Shown here: piece after piece, positions 43,581-52,564 of the stretch
Layout of the letters: every line of letters begins with the position of its first letter
How positions within the stretch are numbered: position 1 is the stretch's first letter
Origin: an uncultured Chroococcidiopsis sp.
GTDB lineage: Bacteria > Cyanobacteriota > Cyanobacteriia > Cyanobacteriales > Chroococcidiopsidaceae
Direction of reading: 5' to 3'
Length of the DNA stretch: 64,000 nt
Assembly: GCA_964248365.1 (NCBI GenBank)
Contig: CAXTYC010000003.1
Span: 64,001 to 128,000 of the forward strand
Program-made: the position numbers and the translations under genes
Notes under the pieces: generated by a model
Databases searched by the model: none
What the model was told of the DNA's origin: nothing
What the model saw: the letters and a program-made list of their open reading frames with translations, nothing else

Positions 43581-45821
43581 ATGGGTAATCTAACAAAGAT
43601 TACCCAATTTTTTATTAGATATCAATCTCTACCAATGTTAGTTCCTCAAGAAATGAGTTTACAACACCCAGGTCAGACACTTCTCCAACAAGGTGATTAC
43701 GACCAAGCAATTAACTTTTACGAGCAAGCTGTTGAAACTGAGCCTGACATCACCAGCCACTACTGGTATCTGGGATTAGCTTATCTTCTCCAACAACAGG
43801 AAGAAACAGCCCAAGCTACCTGGGCTATAGCAATGTCTCAGGGTAGTGCTGAGGAAATAGAGCAGTGGACAGAAGAATTAAGTCAAATTCTCGATTGCGA
43901 AGCACGACGACAAGCAAATTTAAATAATACTCAAACTGCATGGCTAATTCGCCAATATCTACGGGAAATCAACCCTAGCCAAATAGATAATTTGCTGCAC
44001 CTGCTCCTACTTTCGCTGACTTTAGACTTTACTCCAGAATTACTTCAAGAGTGGCAAGTCGTAGAACTTTTAGAGGATTCACCAGGGGAAATAAACCCAG
44101 AGCTACTTTTACAAGTTGTTATACAACTAATCGAATTTCCCTTAAAAGAAACCGTAGCTTTTGTAGCAGCATCATTGCCTCATGCTCATCCACCCGATCT
44201 TTTTGTCGATCATATTCTCACTGCTGCCATTAAGGTTGCTTATCAACATCAGCAGCAAGAATTCGCCTCGAAACTAGCTGAACTTTGCCTCGACTTAATT
44301 CCAAATTATCCACCAGTCTTGCAACATTTATCTTGCTTCTACACAAACTCAGGATGTTACCAGCAAGGAATCGAAACAGCAAAAAAATACTACAACAACT
44401 GCAAAACTTTTGCATGGCAAGTTTTAGGAAATCATCTTGTCCTTCGCGCCCTTCTTAGTGCAGCCGCTTGGCAGGAAGTTGGAGAAGTTGCTCAACGTCA
44501 AAAATCGCTACTAACACAAATTATCCAAGAGTCACCTAAAGATTTTGACAAAGACAGCAATCTTGCTCTAGTAGTTTCTCCCTTTTTCTTAGCTTATCTT
44601 CAAGATAATCAGCAACAAAATCGGTGGTTTAGAAATCAAATTGGTCAACTGTTCCAAAAAAATTTGCGCTCTATTTATCCTGCTTCAGTGCAGTTAAGTT
44701 ACCCTAACTCAAAGCAAAAAACTAGACCTTTAAAAATTGGCTATATTGGCTATTCATTCCGCTCTCACTCAGTTGGTTGGTTGTGTCGTTGGTTATTCCA
44801 ATACCATAATAGAGAATCATTTTCAACCAATATTTACTGCATCAATCAAAATCTAGAAGATAAATTTACCCAAACCTGGTTTACAGATAAAGTTAACGCT
44901 ATCTATAGTTTTGGCGTTAACGATGGTTTAGCCATTGCTGAGCAAATAAGAAAAGACCAGATAGATATTTTAGTTGACCTCGACAGCATCACTTTAGACA
45001 CTACTTGTGAAGTCATAGCAATGAAGCCTGCGCCAATACAGGTTGCTTGGTTAGGTTGGGATGCTTCTGGAATTCCAGCAATTGACTATTTTATTGCCGA
45101 TCCTTATGTATTGTCAGAAGATGCTCAAGATTATTATCAAGAAACTATTTGGAGACTGCCACAAACGTATGTAGCTGTAGATGGCTTTGAAGTAGCAACA
45201 CCTACTTTACGGCGCGATAGCTTAGAAATTCCTAGTGATGCAGTTGTCTATCTTAGCGCCCAAAAAGGCTACAAACGTCACCCAGATACAATTCGTCTGC
45301 AAATGCAAGTTCTTAAGGAAGTTCCTAACAGTTACTTTCTGATCAAAGGAATAGCAGATGAGTTGGCAATCCAAGAGTCTTTTTCTCAAATAGCAGAAAA
45401 AGTAGGAGTTGATCCGGCACGATTAAGATTTCTACCTAGAGATCCCAATGAATTAGTACATCGAGCTAATTTAGCTATTGCCGATGTTGTTTTAGATACA
45501 TATCCTTTCAATGGCGCTACTACAACTTTAGAAACTTTGTGGATGGGTATTCCTTTAGTTACTAGGGTAGGACAGCAATTTGCTGCCCGTAATAGTTACG
45601 CCTTTATGATGAATGTTGGGGTAACTGAAGGTATTGCCTGGACGGATGAAGAATATGTAGAGTGGGGAATTCGGCTTGGTAAGGATGAAGCTTTGCGGTG
45701 GCAAATTATGGGAAAACTAAGAGCATCGCGGCAAACCTCACCTCTATGGAATGCTAAACAATTTACCCAACAGATGGAAAAGGCATATCAGCAAATGTGG
45801 GCAAAGTACATTACTCAGTAA
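43581..45821 (+). CDS. ogtA: O-GlcNAc transferase, SPINDLY/GT41 family (OgtA-like)
   Basis: TPR N-terminus; LKIGYI..FRSHSVG, DILVDLD, PAPIQVAWLG, LDTYPFNGATTTLE; directly downstream of pilA. Confidence 0.9.
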   Translation: MGNLTKITQFFIRYQSLPMLVPQEMSLQHPGQTLLQQGDYDQAINFYEQAVETEPDITSHYWYLGLAYLLQQQEETAQATWAIAMSQGSAEEIEQWTEELSQILDCEARRQANLNNTQTAWLIRQYLREINPSQIDNLLHLLLLSLTLDFTPELLQEWQVVELLEDSPGEINPELLLQVVIQLIEFPLKETVAFVAASLPHAHPPDLFVDHILTAAIKVAYQHQQQEFASKLAELCLDLIPNYPPVLQHLSCFYTNSGCYQQGIETAKKYYNNCKTFAWQVLGNHLVLRALLSAAAWQEVGEVAQRQKSLLTQIIQESPKDFDKDSNLALVVSPFFLAYLQDNQQQNRWFRNQIGQLFQKNLRSIYPASVQLSYPNSKQKTRPLKIGYIGYSFRSHSVGWLCRWLFQYHNRESFSTNIYCINQNLEDKFTQTWFTDKVNAIYSFGVNDGLAIAEQIRKDQIDILVDLDSITLDTTCEVIAMKPAPIQVAWLGWDASGIPAIDYFIADPYVLSEDAQDYYQETIWRLPQTYVAVDGFEVATPTLRRDSLEIPSDAVVYLSAQKGYKRHPDTIRLQMQVLKEVPNSYFLIKGIADELAIQESFSQIAEKVGVDPARLRFLPRDPNELVHRANLAIADVVLDTYPFNGATTTLETLWMGIPLVTRVGQQFAARNSYAFMMNVGVTEGIAWTDEEYVEWGIRLGKDEALRWQIMGKLRASRQTSPLWNAKQFTQQMEKAYQQMWAKYITQ

Positions 45822-45830
45822 TACAGTAGA
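45728..45830 (+). repeat. 103-bp direct repeat copy 1 (ogtA 3' end)
   Basis: Near-identical to 47148-47249 (one substitution, one 1-bp deletion). Confidence 0.95.
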
Positions 45831-45999
45831 TAATCTAGTAGGGTGGGCATTGCCCACCATTATCAGAAAGAGTGGGCATGGGTGGCAAACTAGAAATTTC
45901 ACTACAGACAGATGTGGCAAAGATATGTCGAAGGCAATGTATAGAACCATTCCTTTATGATGATCTTAGAATCCACCAAGTAAGTTAGAAAATGCCTAT

Positions 46000-46245
46000 A
46001 TGAGCTTAGTTATTCCCGATGATATTCTTCAAGCAACTGGACTCTCAGAAGCCGAGTTAATGCAAGAACTTGCAATTGTGCTTTTCCAGAAAGAGAAATT
46101 AACTCTTGGACAGGCTAGCCAACTCGCCCAAATGCCTCAACTTCAGTTCCAGCACTTACTGGCTAGCCGTCAAATCCCTATTCATTACGACATTGCTGAG
46201 TTTGAAGCAGATCTCAAAACCTTGCAAGAATTAGGTAGATTGTGA
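46000..46245 (+). CDS. UPF0175 family antitoxin-like protein
   Basis: ELAIVLFQKEKLTLGQASQLA..FQHLLASRQIPIHYD. Confidence 0.85.
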   Translation: MSLVIPDDILQATGLSEAELMQELAIVLFQKEKLTLGQASQLAQMPQLQFQHLLASRQIPIHYDIAEFEADLKTLQELGRL

Positions 46246-46318
46246 GTAGAGAGATATTTGTATAGACGAAGTTTAAAAATATATTAAAGTCAAGAGATCA
46301 ACTACATATCTATCTCTA

Positions 46319-46666
46319 ATGGAGTCACCAGAAGATTTCATTCGTGCCATACAAACTGCCTTGGAAAGCGGTGATTATGGAACAGCACAGCAGCTTTCAA
46401 TCCAAGCTGTTAAGCACTACCCTAAGCAAGAGGAACTACTGAAATACGCCTATATTCTCGCACCACCGAAGGTAACTGTGGATAAGCGCCCGCCTGACCG
46501 AGATACACAGGTGAATCAAGACTGGGTGAGACAACACCGGAATCAATACCGGAGTCAGTGGGTTGCACTCCGCAATGGTCAGCTGTTAGCTTCAGCAAGT
46601 TCGATTAATGAGTTGATCGAGCAACTGAGCGATAAAAAAGGTGTATTTCTAACTGCAATTTACTGA
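46319..46666 (+). CDS. DUF5678-like protein with helical N-terminus
   Basis: QYRSQWVALRNGQLLAS motif; TGATG coupling to the next gene. Confidence 0.7.
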   Translation: MESPEDFIRAIQTALESGDYGTAQQLSIQAVKHYPKQEELLKYAYILAPPKVTVDKRPPDRDTQVNQDWVRQHRNQYRSQWVALRNGQLLASASSINELIEQLSDKKGVFLTAIY

Positions 46667-47256
46667 TGTTACGGCAATTCCCAAACGGGGATTCTTTCGC
46701 AACGGGTGCGATTCGTTATGATTACCGTCCTGTGAGTGCAGTTGAAACTACGAATCGGCTCATCTTACCAGTGGAAATAGAAGGGATTCTAACTGAAATG
46801 GTAGTTGATACAGGTGCGCCATACGTAATTTGTGCGCCAGCAATTGCTCGACTTGCAGGCTTTGATCGCGCCTATGCCCTCGACAGAATGAGAATGCTGA
46901 TTAGAGGGATGCAACTAGAAGGAAGTTTAACTCGTTTAAGTATAAAACTTCTGGCGAGAGAAGGTGACGATCTCACTGTAGATGCTACTGTTTTTGTTCC
47001 TGATGTAGAGGAGTATTGGGGTAATTTTCCATCTTTCATTGGTTTAACCGGATTTCTAGAAAGAATCCGGTTTGCTATCGATCCATTGACTGACACTCTT
47101 TACTTTGGTACACTTCCGTTAACGTGCCTAAACTTCAAAATCAAAATGCGGCAAACCTCACCTCTATGGAATGCTAAACAATTTACCCAAGAGATGGAAA
47201 AGCATATCAGCAAATGTGGGCAAAGTACATTACTCAGTAATACAGTAGAGGAGTAG
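46666..47256 (+). CDS. Retropepsin-like (clan AA) aspartyl protease with chimeric C-terminal tail
   Basis: VVDTGA catalytic motif, FIGLTGFL; tail RQTSPLWNAKQFTQ is copied from OgtA. Confidence 0.8.
   Translation: MLRQFPNGDSFATGAIRYDYRPVSAVETTNRLILPVEIEGILTEMVVDTGAPYVICAPAIARLAGFDRAYALDRMRMLIRGMQLEGSLTRLSIKLLAREGDDLTVDATVFVPDVEEYWGNFPSFIGLTGFLERIRFAIDPLTDTLYFGTLPLTCLNFKIKMRQTSPLWNAKQFTQEMEKHISKCGQSTLLSNTVEE
47148..47249 (+). repeat. Direct repeat copy 2 of the ogtA 3' end
   Basis: Matches 45728-45830. Confidence 0.95.
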
Positions 47257-47295
47257 GATCTACTGCTCCTCTAAAGTAGGATAAATCTAAAAGCC

Positions 47296-49080
47296 TTACT
47301 CCATTAAAATTTCAATAGAATTATTTTCCCAACGAACTGGAAAGCGTTCGGAAACTTCGAGAGTAAAAGTATCAATATTAGTTCCACAAGCAATCAGTTT
47401 ACCATCAGGGGCTTCTACGAAACTTGTTCCATATAAACCTATATCTTTACTACCTTTTACTACAGGCATAGGTGAAGAAGGGAGAAAAGTCCCTGTAATA
47501 TTATCAGAAATATACCAATACAGTGATGAGTGTGTAATTTGCCCATTACCAATTTGTTGAACCCACTTTGGATTAATAAATTCAGTTGCAGCCGAAAAGA
47601 ATAGGTGATACTTGCCGCCTCTATAAATTACTTGCGGTCTTTCCATTTCATAATATATTCCTTCGTTTGTTCCTGGTACTAAAGGATAGGTGACTGGAGG
47701 TAATACTTTATAAAAACCGTCAATTTTATCAGAAACAGCCAAGCCAACGCACCCTCTAAATGTAGGGTGTTCCCCTGGACAACTAGCAGTTATAAATAAG
47801 TAGTACAGTTTAGTTTTAGGATCTTTAAAAATGTAAGGATCTCGCCACCCGTTATGTTTTTTCACACCATCACGAAGGCTAGAGCAGTAAAATTGAGTAT
47901 CTAACTTTAAAAATTCTTCGGCGCAGGGTTCCCAGGTTATACCATCTGTAGAAGTGGCAAGACCTATGCTTTCATCAAAAATTGATGGTTCTGGAGGAGA
48001 TGCTGAATAAAAGAGGTAGTAAACACCATTTTCTTTGTAAACACTACCTGACAGTATCCTTCCACTTTGCCACTTATGGGCGGGATCTGGTTGAAGTGCA
48101 ACTCCAAGATATTCCCATTGCTTTAAATCAGCTGATATCGCAGCGCCTAGCTTACCTACACTCCAAAAGGGATTTGCCCTACTATCTCCCATTAAATAAA
48201 AAAGACGATATAGATCGTTATCCTTAAAGACAATAGCATCCCAAATCTTGTATCCTTCACCTACCGCTGGTGCATAACCAGATTTTTCGCACTTGGTAAA
48301 ATCCTCAATTGCACGCAATGCCCTAGTAAAATCTGGCTTAATTACAATTGCTTCTCGTAGCTTGCTTATTGCTGCATCCAACTCACCCTTATTCTGAAGA
48401 CACATTGCCATGCAGTAGTGCGCTTCAGCTAAGCTTGGCTTAAGTTCTATTGCTGTTTCTAAGTGCGCTATGGCTTCCTCTATCTGCCCTTTATCTTGAA
48501 GACAAACTGCTATATTACAATATGCTTCAGCTAGGTTTGGATTAAGTTTTACTGCTTTTTGTAAGTAAACTATCGCTTGCTCTAACTCACCTCTAAATCT
48601 ATCTCTAAGTAAAGCCCCTAGAGAAGAATATGCGTTAGCAAAGCTAGGATTTATTTCTATTGCTCTTTTAAAATAATTAACTGCTTCATCAAGTTTATTT
48701 GTGTTTTTGAGATAAATTCCTATCAAGTAATATGATTCATAATGTTCTGGTGCTAGTTCCAAAATTTGGAGACAAATACTCTCCGCTGCTGCTAAATTTT
48801 TTAACTGAATTTGTCTAATAAATGCCTCTTTCAGAATCTGAACTAATTCTGCAAGCCATTCATCATTTTCTTCAGGGCTTGCTTGCATTAAAACTGATAA
48901 CCAAACAGCCTTGGCTGCGATTTCATCTCCTTGAAGCAGCGTTGCTAGACCTAGATGCCAATAGTTAGCTAGATCGTAAGGATTAGTATCAATGAATTGT
49001 TCATAAATAGCTATTGCTTCACTATATTCACCCTGATGTATGCTTTCAACTGCTTGTTGTTCTAATTCAACTGTATTCAT
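47296..49080 (-). CDS. TPR protein fused to a GH68/GH32-like (clan GH-J) beta-propeller
   Basis: Multiple TPRs (AEAYCNIA, AEAHYCMA), then IWD, WRDP and EMERP catalytic motifs and an STDGITW Asp-box. Confidence 0.82.
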   Translation of the reverse strand: MNTVELEQQAVESIHQGEYSEAIAIYEQFIDTNPYDLANYWHLGLATLLQGDEIAAKAVWLSVLMQASPEENDEWLAELVQILKEAFIRQIQLKNLAAAESICLQILELAPEHYESYYLIGIYLKNTNKLDEAVNYFKRAIEINPSFANAYSSLGALLRDRFRGELEQAIVYLQKAVKLNPNLAEAYCNIAVCLQDKGQIEEAIAHLETAIELKPSLAEAHYCMAMCLQNKGELDAAISKLREAIVIKPDFTRALRAIEDFTKCEKSGYAPAVGEGYKIWDAIVFKDNDLYRLFYLMGDSRANPFWSVGKLGAAISADLKQWEYLGVALQPDPAHKWQSGRILSGSVYKENGVYYLFYSASPPEPSIFDESIGLATSTDGITWEPCAEEFLKLDTQFYCSSLRDGVKKHNGWRDPYIFKDPKTKLYYLFITASCPGEHPTFRGCVGLAVSDKIDGFYKVLPPVTYPLVPGTNEGIYYEMERPQVIYRGGKYHLFFSAATEFINPKWVQQIGNGQITHSSLYWYISDNITGTFLPSSPMPVVKGSKDIGLYGTSFVEAPDGKLIACGTNIDTFTLEVSERFPVRWENNSIEILME

Positions 49081-49243
49081 ATAATTTACCTAGGTTTTTT
49101 AGACTAATGAATTACAAATTATAGGATAGATAGTAAATCCTACCGTTGACGAAGTTAGAAAGCTAAAAATACTCCTGAACGGTAGTGTTAGTCGAGCAAA
49201 GCCTTTAAACCGCGTAGCAATTACGTAGCTACCTCGTTTAAAA

Positions 49244-52200
49244 TCAGTCTAGTTCGCTGAGGCTGTAAGGTTGATAGGCTTGAATTTCTGCTTTCAAAGC
49301 AGCGATCGCGTCTAGATCTTCATTTTCTAAGATAATCCGAGCGTGAATGTGGGGCAACAAAATTTGCCATTGCATTTCACTTAGTTGTCCAGTCGGAGCA
49401 ATTTCTATACTATCTGTGACATCTAATTCTGCTTCTAGAAGCAGGTTCATAGCTACATCAGATACAAAAAAATTTACCTCATCCTCAGAAAGATTACCGC
49501 TACTTACCAGTAATGTAATTTGACGATTGGGATGATTTACCAAGTTTGTAAGGACGTTTGCTATCTCCTGATAAAGGTTTTCTTCTGGCTGGCTCCAGTC
49601 AGGGAAAATAATCAAGTTAGTCTCTCTTAACTTGAGATTTTCTGTCAGAGTGCTTTCTTGATGCTTACGAAATAGATCTTGAAATAATACTCCCATTTGA
49701 GCAGAATAAGAGCGACTATCTAAGAAGCTAGGGTTAGCCTGCATTCTTTGCTTAATTTGGTTGCTCTTTTGTTGGCGTAAATCAGGATTAGTGCCAAGTG
49801 CGATCGCCAGTTTAATGTATGACTCTTCGTTCTCTACAATTAAATCGGTTATTTGTAGTTCTCGCAAAAGCGCTGCTCCTTGCCTAGAACGCAAAGATTC
49901 ACCGTCCATTATTACTGTAGGTAAACCAACTTCTAGCGGGTCAAGCGTGGAGTGAGAGCCAGAGTAAGGATAAGAGTCTAAATAAACATCACCTAACTTT
50001 AGGTATTCTTTGACATCCGAACGATTGGGCAAATTCTTTAATATAATCACCCGTTCTTTTCCAATGTTGTAACTAGCGAAAATTTCCTGCATGCTAAATT
50101 TAAAAGCATTTTCTGCATAGGAAATGTCCCAACTTGAACTAAACGGATACAAAATCAGAACAGAGTTAGGTACAGATGCGATAATCTTTGCCCAAGTTTC
50201 TCTTAACTCTGGAATAATCTTATAACAGTTAGCACCAGATATAAATATAATCGATTTATCTTCTATACCTAAACTTTGCCGAGTTGGTTTAGCTGTAGCC
50301 GCTGGTTGCTGACCGTAATTGAAACAGTAGCCAGTCCCATCAATAGTTATTAACTGTTCGCAGTAGTGGTTTTGAGCATTTTGAACAGGTTCTGTCAATT
50401 TTCCAGAGATATAGTAATCAATATTGCGGATTCCTGTTGTGACTGGTGAAGAAAAACAAGTAACCTGTACACGGGCAAGCCGATGCATTGCTAGTAAAGT
50501 AATGGTGTTAGTAATAGCAGATACATTAGTGCCAATCAGCATAATATCTAGATCGTCAGCACGTATAGTTTGTACCTGGCTAGATAGATCGCCAGGAAGT
50601 TGAACTAACTTATCAGCACGACTTTGGCAATAATGTTCTAGTGAATTACCATTCAGTTGAATAGCATACAAGAAGATTTCAAATTTATTCCTATCTAAAT
50701 ACTCAAATGCAGGAATTGTAGAAAAAGTTTCTGTACAGGAATTAAAATGATTACAAATAACTCCCAAACGAATTTTATTGGTATTTGCGGATTGCTGAAA
50801 AAAACTATAATCTATTTCATGATCTAATATCTTCAAAGCCAATTCTATGATTTGAGCGCGTTTTTTGTAGATTTTACTTAAATTCGCTTTAGTAAAATAC
50901 AGAGGAGTAAAGTTAGCATTTTGGCTGAATTTTAAAGCTATGTCCTGCCAAAAGTTTGAGTCTATATTACTAAATATACCAGTATGCACATAATCTAACC
51001 AGTGCTGTATATAGTAATAATACCTTTCTATCTCTCCCTTTTCTTGAATCAATTTCGGAGATTCAAAAACGAATTGTAGATAGCCATCCAGAAGCCATTT
51101 AGGAATCTTGTTGATATCGTACGGCAACAGTAACTGATCGGCACGTAGGTACAACATTATAGCCAATAGATAATTAATAGCGTTGGGAGCGCCGATTCCG
51201 TTAAAAATATGTAATGATATATCATTTACAAAATTTCTTTCTTCAGCCGGAATGACTTCTGCTTTAATACCACTTTTTAGCAACATTCTGTGCAACTTAC
51301 CCAAATTACCTGTATATGCACTTTTCAGTTGTTCTATTGGTAAGTTAAGCCACTCATTGGCAACTTGCTGCCGAGTTATTGGTAATTCTGATGAAATATA
51401 TTCATTGACTTGCAATAAAATTTTCTCAACAACTTCTACAGTGTCCTTTATCATCCGTTCTTCTCGGAAAAATTCTTCCGCTCGCTGTTTGCAAGCTTGA
51501 CCAATTAAGTGACGCAATTGTGAATTCACAGACCAAGCTTGAATCGTTGTTACCAACTCTCTAACTGTGGCTTTTGGGTCTATTTGTGGGGAAAAAAGCA
51601 ACTTTCCTGCATCGCCCAATTCTTCTGGTATACCGCTTACAGCGGAGGCAATTACTGGTAATCCCTTTGCCATTGCCTCCATAACACATAAGGGCATTCC
51701 TTCTGATTCCGAAGGCAAAATAAAAATGTCGCTAGCATCAAGCCAATCTGGAATGTCCCACCGTTGCCCCAAAAGCTTGACTTGGTTGCTTACTTCTAGT
51801 TGCTCAATCATCTGTTTGAGTTGTATTTCTAAATTGCCAACACCTGCCCAGACAAAATAAAGTTGATGCCATACATCGCATTGCTTAAGTTGCTTAATGG
51901 CTTCTAACTGATACTGGTAGCCCTTAACAAGCTCTAAGCGAGCAGCTGTGAAACAAACGACAGCATTTGCAGGAATACTAAATTCCTGGCGCAAGCGTTC
52001 ACGAACTGATAACGCAGGAGGGGTAAAAAACTTTGCAGACCTTCCGTAATAAATAACTTGTCCTTTGTTCTTAGGGAGTCTAAATAGTTCATGTAATAGT
52101 GCTAAATTTTCATTTGACACTGCGATAACTGTTTGCGCTTGAATATATTGGCTTGATAATTCATCTAAGAAGACAGCAAAGCGCTTGGCTAGGTAAGGTG

Positions 52201-52564
52201 CAACAAAACCAACAACAGTTATATAGGGTATTCTTTGCTGAATAGCAACCTGCTTAGCTGCAAAATTTGATAAGGGGCAACAGTCACTAAAAATAATTAG
52301 GTCAGGTTTAGAATTGGTTAAAATACTTTGGGCATCAGCTTGATTAAATAAAGTCCGCTCAAAATCGTTTACAGTGTTAAATTCAAGCCAGATATGTCTA
52401 ACACTAAGAGCTTTTTGAAGACTTATTAATGGGCTATTAATCTTACTTTGTACGCAGGAAACTTGATAGCCCGAAGCTGCTAAGCCGCAGAGAATTGCAT
52501 GGTTGTATTGCGCGACTCCACCCGTTACTGGATCGTCTGTATAAAGTAATAGATGTTTAGTCAT
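49244..52564 (-). CDS. GT4 glycosyltransferase fused to a GT41/OGT-like catalytic domain and a C-terminal module
   Basis: ARLELVKG, EGMPLCVMEAMAKG (GT4); LARVQV, TTGIRNIDYYISG, YLDSYPYSG (GT41). Confidence 0.88.
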   Translation of the reverse strand: MTKHLLLYTDDPVTGGVAQYNHAILCGLAASGYQVSCVQSKINSPLISLQKALSVRHIWLEFNTVNDFERTLFNQADAQSILTNSKPDLIIFSDCCPLSNFAAKQVAIQQRIPYITVVGFVAPYLAKRFAVFLDELSSQYIQAQTVIAVSNENLALLHELFRLPKNKGQVIYYGRSAKFFTPPALSVRERLRQEFSIPANAVVCFTAARLELVKGYQYQLEAIKQLKQCDVWHQLYFVWAGVGNLEIQLKQMIEQLEVSNQVKLLGQRWDIPDWLDASDIFILPSESEGMPLCVMEAMAKGLPVIASAVSGIPEELGDAGKLLFSPQIDPKATVRELVTTIQAWSVNSQLRHLIGQACKQRAEEFFREERMIKDTVEVVEKILLQVNEYISSELPITRQQVANEWLNLPIEQLKSAYTGNLGKLHRMLLKSGIKAEVIPAEERNFVNDISLHIFNGIGAPNAINYLLAIMLYLRADQLLLPYDINKIPKWLLDGYLQFVFESPKLIQEKGEIERYYYYIQHWLDYVHTGIFSNIDSNFWQDIALKFSQNANFTPLYFTKANLSKIYKKRAQIIELALKILDHEIDYSFFQQSANTNKIRLGVICNHFNSCTETFSTIPAFEYLDRNKFEIFLYAIQLNGNSLEHYCQSRADKLVQLPGDLSSQVQTIRADDLDIMLIGTNVSAITNTITLLAMHRLARVQVTCFSSPVTTGIRNIDYYISGKLTEPVQNAQNHYCEQLITIDGTGYCFNYGQQPAATAKPTRQSLGIEDKSIIFISGANCYKIIPELRETWAKIIASVPNSVLILYPFSSSWDISYAENAFKFSMQEIFASYNIGKERVIILKNLPNRSDVKEYLKLGDVYLDSYPYSGSHSTLDPLEVGLPTVIMDGESLRSRQGAALLRELQITDLIVENEESYIKLAIALGTNPDLRQQKSNQIKQRMQANPSFLDSRSYSAQMGVLFQDLFRKHQESTLTENLKLRETNLIIFPDWSQPEENLYQEIANVLTNLVNHPNRQITLLVSSGNLSEDEVNFFVSDVAMNLLLEAELDVTDSIEIAPTGQLSEMQWQILLPHIHARIILENEDLDAIAALKAEIQAYQPYSLSELD

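Noticed and set aside
45728..47249. Diversity-generating retroelement TR/VR pair
   Set aside because: Differences are one C/G change and one indel, not adenine-specific, and there is no reverse transcriptase in the window
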